Program-made: the position numbers and the translations under genes
Shown here: one piece after another, positions 59,301 through 64,000 of the stretch
Numbering within the stretch: position 1 is the first letter of the stretch
Layout of the letters: every line of letters begins with the position of its first letter
The notes under the pieces: generated by a model
What the model was told of the DNA's origin: nothing
The model's database searches: none
The model's input: the letters and a program-made list of their open reading frames with translations, nothing else
NCBI GenBank assembly: GCA_964398525.1
Contig: CAYNMS010000002.1
Location: forward strand, 2,403 to 66,402
Source: an uncultured Pseudomonadales bacterium
Lineage (GTDB): Bacteria; Patescibacteriota; Microgenomatia; UBA1400; CAYNFZ01
Direction of reading: 5' to 3'
DNA: 64,000 nt

Positions 59301-59382
59301 GATTGTCGGTATTGCCGGTAATTAATGCGGTAATGGTTTGAGTAAGGGTTTCAACCTGGACAGATTGGTTAGCCATAGACAA
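56353..59382 (-). CDS. Large (1009 aa) fusion protein: N-terminal NAD(P)-binding epimerase-like Rossmann domain, Pro-rich linker, single TM, ~580-aa extracytoplasmic domain
   Basis: ITALITGNTDNLGLFLARDLLSRGLGVTLVG (Rossmann). SPTPPPNP linker. VVAFLGTLSALVLIVLTALFIF TM. Confidence 0.5.
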   Translation of the reverse strand: MSMANQSVQVETLTQTITALITGNTDNLGLFLARDLLSRGLGVTLVGPKSDFLDTHIFDQIIDLPETTHLTSITDTTQTPHYGFFVFSPQHPDFESLDRFFGLFPISAKLAIISPPPLPDSDQESDFDRLQTFISSRLVNHQQNLRFIVTNHLFGRAVVSQTNNPLTPIFLSTLAPDLLDYPSLDTTIYPLHLASATQAIVKSLLSSDSVGKIFQLGGQPLLVRDLVSKLQQITEVSPPSPSLSASKFNYQDHPELWQQIQATWQQLSWLPPTDISTHLSETVSWYKAHPQLGFSQETRHKSESISTNHSKKQPSSPTPPPNPIVTQPVTLKKTDPNHLIFTSPPNNQKISLQPNPETPSNLKPPTPPLTSFTNQDHKQFTLQSLGVTSNPKKSRRFNFPSIKPKNPRRRVVAFLGTLSALVLIVLTALFIFTQKLRVLPELIFSPPQEILSHTSFLNPTLNTLRLAFNVIQSPVSMVFGQQTAHSFQTQLNYTHSFSSSLNDLAQAQISTGSLLQALFDPNTNLESSYLTKATTDSLKAFRSISQLEAHQKQFLEVGESSFLSSLNLDQASSKLTHVKSALFSQHQLFTQFGPIFSSSTPQRILVLVQDTSELRPTGGFITTYADLTLNQGKLISVEIGDVSSLDNKLLGHVEPPLAVKQFLGESSWFLRDVNWDPDTATTAKRIAWFYQKQTNFNVDYILLLNSNLFTPLLDITGPLTPPSISQPVNSQNYLSLQRNHLVDSADQAQSDFLTLLFQQLFSNLSSPQTNYSLLSQALLQTLPQQPLTLYPLKPESNQSLNQTHFTNPLTPNHCLSEPCHSTHFSLVEANVGVNKINPFINRQVSHLLDFSQPNQVGETLQINFTNSADSANWPLGSYKNYLRLYLPQSAQINTVKVGETLLKIDQYDTSIQHNFLVLGLLLDVSPSTTSTLVVDYHLPLSLLKTNFNLNYFYDYQPGVAPYIFNLQIIPPPNYYPTSLPIQFSTQDLIKYSQTISSDQSFQFEFSPRQ

Positions 59383-59553
59383 TAACCATGATAATCGCTT
59401 GATGAAGGGGATGCAATTATTGGGTTGTTTTTAGGTATTTATTAGTTTTTATGGTTTTACTTACGTTTTTTTTGTTACTTGTCCCTTGGGTTTTGATTAT
59501 GTTTTTTATCCCTTTTTTGTTCTTACCTCTTTCACGTGCTCACTCCTTGGGTT

Positions 59554-59583
59554 AAACAAAAATAACCACACAGAAGTGTGGTT
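59554..59583 (-). terminator. Rho-independent terminator downstream of rnhA
   Basis: aaccacac-agaa-gtgtggtt perfect 8-bp stem, with ATTTTTGTTT on the minus strand. Confidence 0.65.
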
Positions 59584-59605
59584 GACCTATAAGGTGGATA
59601 GGAGT

Positions 59606-60040
59606 CTAGATGGAAGAATCGAGCGCTTGGTTTAAAAGTTGGTCGGCACGGAAGTTTTGGGCGCGGGGAATATGTTTAAAAGTTGGGTTAATATTTAATT
59701 GTGCAAGCTTGGTTTTTATAGTGAGAGCAAGTTTGATAAGGGTAGAATTTTTGATTTGATAAACGCCGGAGAGTTGACGAACCACAAGTTGAGAATCTAA
59801 GTAAAAACAAACCGAAAAGGGAGAGGGGAAGTTTTGGGAGTCGAACCATTCTAAGGCACAAATGAGCGCGGTATATTCAGCGACATTGTTGGTAGTGGAC
59901 CCAATGTAACGAGAGGTTTCGAAAAGAGTTTTTTGTTGGGAGTCCTGAATAACCACGCCAACAGCGGCAGGGCCCGGATTACCACGAGCACCGCCATCGG
60001 TAAAAACACTAAATTGACAACTTGAAGTCGGAGAATTCAC
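59606..60040 (-). CDS. rnhA: Ribonuclease HI
   Basis: VFTDGGARGNPGPAA...NNVAEYTALICAL RNase H motifs. Confidence 0.82.
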   Translation of the reverse strand: MNSPTSSCQFSVFTDGGARGNPGPAAVGVVIQDSQQKTLFETSRYIGSTTNNVAEYTALICALEWFDSQNFPSPFSVCFYLDSQLVVRQLSGVYQIKNSTLIKLALTIKTKLAQLNINPTFKHIPRAQNFRADQLLNQALDSSI

Positions 60041-60492
60041 GACAGGGGACGAAGATCGACAATTAAGTTTCGATGGGGTTCTTCGCCTTCTGAATAGGTG
60101 ACGACATCGGGATGTTCTGAAAGTGTGGTGTGGACAAGGCGGCGTTCATAACTACTTAGACCAGTAAGACTGACAGCTTGGCCCCGGGAAACCACTTTGG
60201 AGGCGGCGTTGTGGGCAAGGTTTTCAAGAGCAACTTGGCGTTGTTGGCGGTAGTCATTGATGTTGAGTCTAACTGGTAGGCGCTCACCAGTTTGTTGTTG
60301 AATAAGTGAAAAAATTAATTGGATAGCACCCAGAACTTCACCCCTGTGTCCAATTAACAGCCCAGAATCTTGTTGATCAATATTGACTTGGACGATAATG
60401 GCATCGTCACTGGTCTCAACTTCTAATTCAGGAGAATAACCAAGAAGAGTGGTAAAGAATTCAGTAACAAAATCTGAGTTAATAACTGACAT
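60037..60492 (-). CDS. jag: KH/R3H RNA-binding protein Jag/KhpB
   Basis: KH-like region plus R3H motif (ERRLVHTTL). Conserved position downstream of yidC. Confidence 0.7.
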   Translation of the reverse strand: MSVINSDFVTEFFTTLLGYSPELEVETSDDAIIVQVNIDQQDSGLLIGHRGEVLGAIQLIFSLIQQQTGERLPVRLNINDYRQQRQVALENLAHNAASKVVSRGQAVSLTGLSSYERRLVHTTLSEHPDVVTYSEGEEPHRNLIVDLRPLS

Positions 60493-60503
60493 AAAATCCT
60501 TAA

Positions 60504-61253
60504 CTACTGATTAACAATAAGGCCAAAACGATTAAGGTGGGGTTTCAAACCGCCCCAACCGGAAACAAAGTATTGTTGAATGAGACTAAAGAGGGTGGAG
60601 ACAACCCAATAGAGGGCTAGACCTGAGGGGAAGGCGCGAGCGATGAAGAAAGTAAAAACAGGCATGACATACATCATTTGAGACTGCATGGTTTGGGCCA
60701 TATCAGTGAGATCTTCGGCTTTTTTGTCGTCTTTTTTAGTTTTAGTTTGGGCGGCAAGTTTGGTTTCAGCAGTGGTGCTGGTAGCGGGGGCGAGCATGAG
60801 GCCTAGAAGAAATTGGGATAAACCTGCGAGAACTGGAAGCACAAACGTGGAGTCGGGTTGATTGAGTTGGAGCCAGAGGAAATTAAGATTGGCTCCCGGT
60901 GTGTCGGAAGTGAGAGAACTGGATAAAACTTGATAAAAGATGATGAACAGACCAATTTGAACCAGTTGAGGTAAGCAGCCGCCTAGAGGATTAATTTTGT
61001 GTTCTTGATAAAGCTCAAGTTGTTTTTGAGACAGAAGTTTTTTGTCGTTGCCGTATTTTTCTTTAAGTTTGTCTAGTTCTGGTTTGAGGCTAGACATTTT
61101 TTGAGTGGAACGGAGTGAGGGTAGGGTAAGGGGGATAAGACCCAGACGGATAACCAGAGTGACGGCAATGATGGCTAGACCGTAGTTGTTACCTAGCAGA
61201 TTGGCGGTGACTTCGAGAATTTGGGAAAAGAATTGATTAACAAAAGTAAACAT
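60504..61253 (-). CDS. yidC: Membrane protein insertase YidC (short Gram-positive-type)
   Basis: GLAIIAVTLVIRLGLIPLT...coiled hairpin...NPLGGCLPQLVQIGLFIIFY. Confidence 0.85.
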   Translation of the reverse strand: MFTFVNQFFSQILEVTANLLGNNYGLAIIAVTLVIRLGLIPLTLPSLRSTQKMSSLKPELDKLKEKYGNDKKLLSQKQLELYQEHKINPLGGCLPQLVQIGLFIIFYQVLSSSLTSDTPGANLNFLWLQLNQPDSTFVLPVLAGLSQFLLGLMLAPATSTTAETKLAAQTKTKKDDKKAEDLTDMAQTMQSQMMYVMPVFTFFIARAFPSGLALYWVVSTLFSLIQQYFVSGWGGLKPHLNRFGLIVNQ

Positions 61254-61270
61254 AAAAGCCTCAAGTTTGA

Positions 61271-61516
61271 TTAAGAATGACAGGAAAGCAAGCGTTTGAA
61301 CGCCAAGACACTACCTCGAATTGTACCATAGCGGCGAATGGCTTGACGGGCATATTGACTACAAGTAGGTTGGTGGCGGCAAGCATGAGGAGCGATGCCA
61401 ATTGAAGTGAGAAGGAGGGTGCGGACCGGGTGAAGGGTTTGATAAAATTTAAGAAGGAAATTCACGGATTTGAGAGTGTAATTTTTGGAAAAGGTGTTGG
61501 ATTTGAATAAAATCAA
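61271..61516 (-). CDS. yidD: Membrane protein insertion efficiency factor YidD (true start probably GTG at 61465)
   Basis: LKFYQ...[19 protein letters not shown]...RLLSCH haemolytic-domain motif. Confidence 0.7.
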   Translation of the reverse strand: MILFKSNTFSKNYTLKSVNFLLKFYQTLHPVRTLLLTSIGIAPHACRHQPTCSQYARQAIRRYGTIRGSVLAFKRLLSCHS

Positions 61517-61775
61517 GAGAATTGGCAGCAGGCTTGAGAATAATTAAAAGATCGAAACCTAGGTCTAGGGACAATTGAGAACGAAGGGCGGAAAGAAACT
61601 GGCGTTTTAAGTGGTTACGAGCGGAGGCTTTGAGAGCAACTTTTTTGGAAACAATGAGGGCAACACGAAGGTGTGAAAGTTGATTATTTTTGAATATAAA
61701 GGTGGCAAAAGGGGTTGATAGCTTTTTTCCAATTAAATTTTGGTCTAAAGATAAACGATATTTTTTGGGTAACAT
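61449..61775 (-). CDS. rnpA: Ribonuclease P protein component
   Basis: MLPKKYRL...FKNN...[10 protein letters not shown] RnpA pattern. Adjacent to rpmH. Confidence 0.78.
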   Translation of the reverse strand: MLPKKYRLSLDQNLIGKKLSTPFATFIFKNNQLSHLRVALIVSKKVALKASARNHLKRQFLSALRSQLSLDLGFDLLIILKPAANSLDFIQIQHLFQKLHSQIREFPS

Positions 61776-61776
61776 A

Positions 61777-61911
61777 CTAGACAGTAAGTCGACTACGGCC
61801 CTTTTGTCGGCGGTTTTTGAGAACTTGGCGGCCGGTTTTGGTGCTCATGCGTTTGAGAAAGCCATGAACTCGGGTGCGTTTGGTTTTCTTGGGTTGATAA
61901 GTACGTTTCAT
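61777..61911 (-). CDS. rpmH: 50S ribosomal protein L34 (44 aa; below the ORF-track size cutoff)
   Basis: Minus-strand translation [44 protein letters not shown]. cat at 61909-61911, cta at 61777-61779. Confidence 0.9.
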   Translation of the reverse strand: MKRTYQPKKTKRTRVHGFLKRMSTKTGRQVLKNRRQKGRSRLTV

Positions 61912-61984
61912 ATTGCCTCAAAAATGTAAATGAAGGAGTGTATTTTACCAGAGAAGCTAGACAAGAAAAAGGGGTTTGGGTAAG

Positions 61985-62027
61985 TTGTGGGTTGACGGAG
62001 TGTGGAAAACTTGGTTTTATGTGGAAA
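61985..62027. promoter_or_regulatory. DnaA-box cluster in the dnaA promoter region
   Basis: tgtggaaaa at 62000 and 62019 (complement of TTTTCCACA), plus weaker tgtgggttg at 61985. Confidence 0.5.
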
Positions 62028-62041
62028 AGTAAGGAAGCAAT

Positions 62042-63427
62042 ATGGATCAAAATGGATTTAGTTTGGACCAAAAAGAATTGTGGAGGGACGCTATTGCCGA
62101 TCTGGAGATGACGGTATCTAGACCATATTTTGAGTCATATGTAAAAAAATTGACAGTGCTGAGTGTTCATGAAAGTGAGGGAGGGATTACGGAAATTACA
62201 CTGGCTTGCCCAAGCGTGTTTCACCAAAAAGAAATTGAAAAGAGGTTGGAAAAAGAAATCAGAGAATCTTTGGGGAGAGTGACGGGAAAAAAGATTGCTA
62301 TGGAACTGGTGGTAGACACGAGGGGAATAAATACAGAGATTGTGGATAGTGGACCGTTGTTTGCAGGAGTTGATGAGGGAGAATACAGACCTCCGGTACA
62401 AGATGTGGGGCTAAAAAAAGATTTTACTTTAAGTAATTTTGCCGTGAGCAGCTCAAATGAAATGGCCTATGCGGCAGCTAAGGCGGTAGCAAACAACCCC
62501 GGTAAAGCGTATAACCCGTTGTTTTTATATGGTGGAGTAGGGGTGGGAAAAACCCACTTAATGCAGGGGGTGGGGCATGTAATATTGAATAGAAGAAAAG
62601 AAACAACGGTAATATATTGCTCGGGTGAAGACTTTACAAACGAGATAATTGATGCAATCAGGAAAAAAAGTACACCGGGGTTTAGAAAAAAATACAGAAG
62701 TGTGGAACTCTTGCTGATTGATGACATTCAGTTTATAGCGGGTAAAACTGCGGTTCAGGAAGAATTTTTTCATACGTTTAATACAATTACCCAGGCGGGG
62801 GGGCAGGTAATTTTGACCAGCGACAAACCACCAAAAGAAATTGATTCTCTTGAGGAGAGGTTGAGGAGTAGATTTGAGGGCGGATTGAGTATTGATATTG
62901 GCCAGCCAGACTTTGAACTGAGAAGTGCAATTGTGATGATTAAGGCAAGGCAGCTGGGAGCGGAAATACCAACTGAGGCAGCCCAAATGGTAGCTCAGCT
63001 GGAATCGGACGCAAGAACTTTGATCGGAAGCTTGATGAAAGTAATTGCCATGAGCGAGGCACAAGGAATTAAAATTGATAAAGAATTAGTGATGAGGGTG
63101 TTGGGAAGGGAGTTGGCTCAAAATCGAAGTCAAAACCGGGTTAGCCCAGGAGTAATAATTGAAAAGGTGTGTGAAGAATACGGGGTGGAGGTGGAAGAAG
63201 TTAAAGGACCGAGACGATTAAAACAACTAACGACTCCACGGCATGTGGCGATGTTTATACTTAAAAATGATCTTAATCTGGGGTTGGTGGAAATTGGTGG
63301 TTGGTTTGGAGGACGAGATCACACGAGTGTGATGCATGCAATTACTAAAGTGGAGAAATGGCAGAAAGAAAAACCAGAAACCCGGGAAAAAATTGACAGG
63401 CTTAGAAGGGGTTGGGGAAAAAATTGA
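62042..63427 (+). CDS. dnaA: Chromosomal replication initiator DnaA
   Basis: NPLFLYGGVGVGKTHLMQ (Walker A), DDIQFIAGK, and C-terminal DNA-binding HTH (TPRHVAMFILKN). Confidence 0.93.
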   Translation: MDQNGFSLDQKELWRDAIADLEMTVSRPYFESYVKKLTVLSVHESEGGITEITLACPSVFHQKEIEKRLEKEIRESLGRVTGKKIAMELVVDTRGINTEIVDSGPLFAGVDEGEYRPPVQDVGLKKDFTLSNFAVSSSNEMAYAAAKAVANNPGKAYNPLFLYGGVGVGKTHLMQGVGHVILNRRKETTVIYCSGEDFTNEIIDAIRKKSTPGFRKKYRSVELLLIDDIQFIAGKTAVQEEFFHTFNTITQAGGQVILTSDKPPKEIDSLEERLRSRFEGGLSIDIGQPDFELRSAIVMIKARQLGAEIPTEAAQMVAQLESDARTLIGSLMKVIAMSEAQGIKIDKELVMRVLGRELAQNRSQNRVSPGVIIEKVCEEYGVEVEEVKGPRRLKQLTTPRHVAMFILKNDLNLGLVEIGGWFGGRDHTSVMHAITKVEKWQKEKPETREKIDRLRRGWGKN

Positions 63428-63731
63428 GGAAAAGCTATTAAATGGGGGGAAAAGTTTGGGGAAAGGATGGGGAAAGGATAAATAAATTAAACTTGAGGTA
63501 AATGTAGAAAAATCTAGGTCACAAGATAAAGTTAAAAAATAAACCTGAAAGCATGAATGATAGATATCCACAAGTTATTCACAAATATCCACAAAGATTT
63601 CAACATTAAACAAACGGTTATTAACACAAGTAAAACCCAAAAAGAAATCAAGGAAAAATAAATTTTCCACTTTTGTCGGGTACCTACTACAACTACTGCT
63701 AATAAAATAATAAAGAAGAAGGGGAAGCTAA
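63428..63731. other. Putative chromosomal replication origin (oriC): three phased DnaA boxes plus AT-rich unwinding region
   Basis: ATATCCACA at 63564, TTATTCACA at 63575, ATATCCACA at 63585 (10-11-bp phasing). TTATTAACA at 63619. TTTTCCAC at 63664. AT-rich 63650-63720. dnaA-dnaN intergenic region. Confidence 0.7.
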
Positions 63732-64000
63732 ATGAAAATAGAATTATTGCAGGAAAACTTAAATCAAGGATTAAGCTGGGTGGGACGGTTTGTGGCCAAC
63801 AAGCCGAGTTTGCCGATATTGGGAATGGTAGAGATAACCGCTGAGAAAGGAAAAGTAAAAATCCGGGGTACAGATATGGATACGGGAATTGAGGCAGTCG
63901 TGGGGGCAAGAGTGGAAGAAGAAGGAAGGGTGGTGGTGCCAGCTAGATTGTTGGCAGAGTATGTTAATTTACTGCCGGCGGGTAAAGTAAAACTTGAAAA
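63732..64000 (+). CDS. dnaN: DNA polymerase III beta sliding clamp, 5' partial
   Basis: MKIELLQENLNQGLSWVGRFV...LPILGMVEI DnaN N-terminus. Runs off the window end. Confidence 0.75.
   Translation, partial: MKIELLQENLNQGLSWVGRFVANKPSLPILGMVEITAEKGKVKIRGTDMDTGIEAVVGARVEEEGRVVVPARLLAEYVNLLPAGKVKLE

Overview
This window has the gene content and compactness of a reduced-genome bacterium with Gram-positive-like envelope biosynthesis, plausibly a Patescibacteria/CPR-type lineage (inference). TGA is used as a stop (tsaD, valS, dnaA all end in TGA), so the standard code 11 applies and no recoded UGA is assumed.

About 55 protein genes can be supported, mostly on the minus strand. Left to right they include: infB (3' part, with IF-2 starting directly at the G domain), nusA, an hrcA-grpE-dnaK-orf-dnaJ heat-shock operon with a CIRCE operator, lepA, murJ, pyrH, an M23 peptidase, gap, tRNA-Cys(GCA), and a PEGA/SH3b lipoprotein. 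Next comes a lipid-linked glycan cluster (UbiA/DPPR-synthase-like, GtrA-like, MraY/WecA GT4, ArnT/PMT-like GT-C, processive GT2), then tatD, metG, rmuC plus a GNAT, a membrane SAM methyltransferase, a UvrD-helicase/Cas4-like nuclease fusion, a FemAB-family transferase, a polyprenyl-P sugar transferase, a second uvrD/pcrA, tpiA, and two GT-C membrane glycosyltransferases. A six-gene minus-strand operon follows (PilN-like, PilO-like, a small TM protein, an FN3 surface protein and two novel Cys-rich modular secreted proteins), then rpsT, a pentapeptide-repeat protein, groESL (degenerate CIRCE upstream), an SPFH protein, a second YidC, a cytidylyltransferase-like plus Pol-beta nucleotidyltransferase pair, an orphan solute-binding protein, a VanW protein, tsaD, a structured valS leader (T-box-like) flanked by two small basic ORFs, valS, rplY, a large epimerase-domain/TM fusion protein, rnhA, jag, yidC, yidD, rnpA and rpmH (missed by the ORF track). 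The right-hand end holds the replication origin: DnaA-box clusters, dnaA and the start of dnaN.

No transposase, integrase or CRISPR array was seen. Convergent genes frequently abut or overlap by a few nucleotides. The most interesting candidate for an undescribed system is the PilN/PilO-like plus Cys-rich adhesin operon (35.3-40.8 kb) with its convergent PMT-like O-glycosyltransferase. Second is the DPPR-synthase-like glycan cluster (14.5-20 kb).
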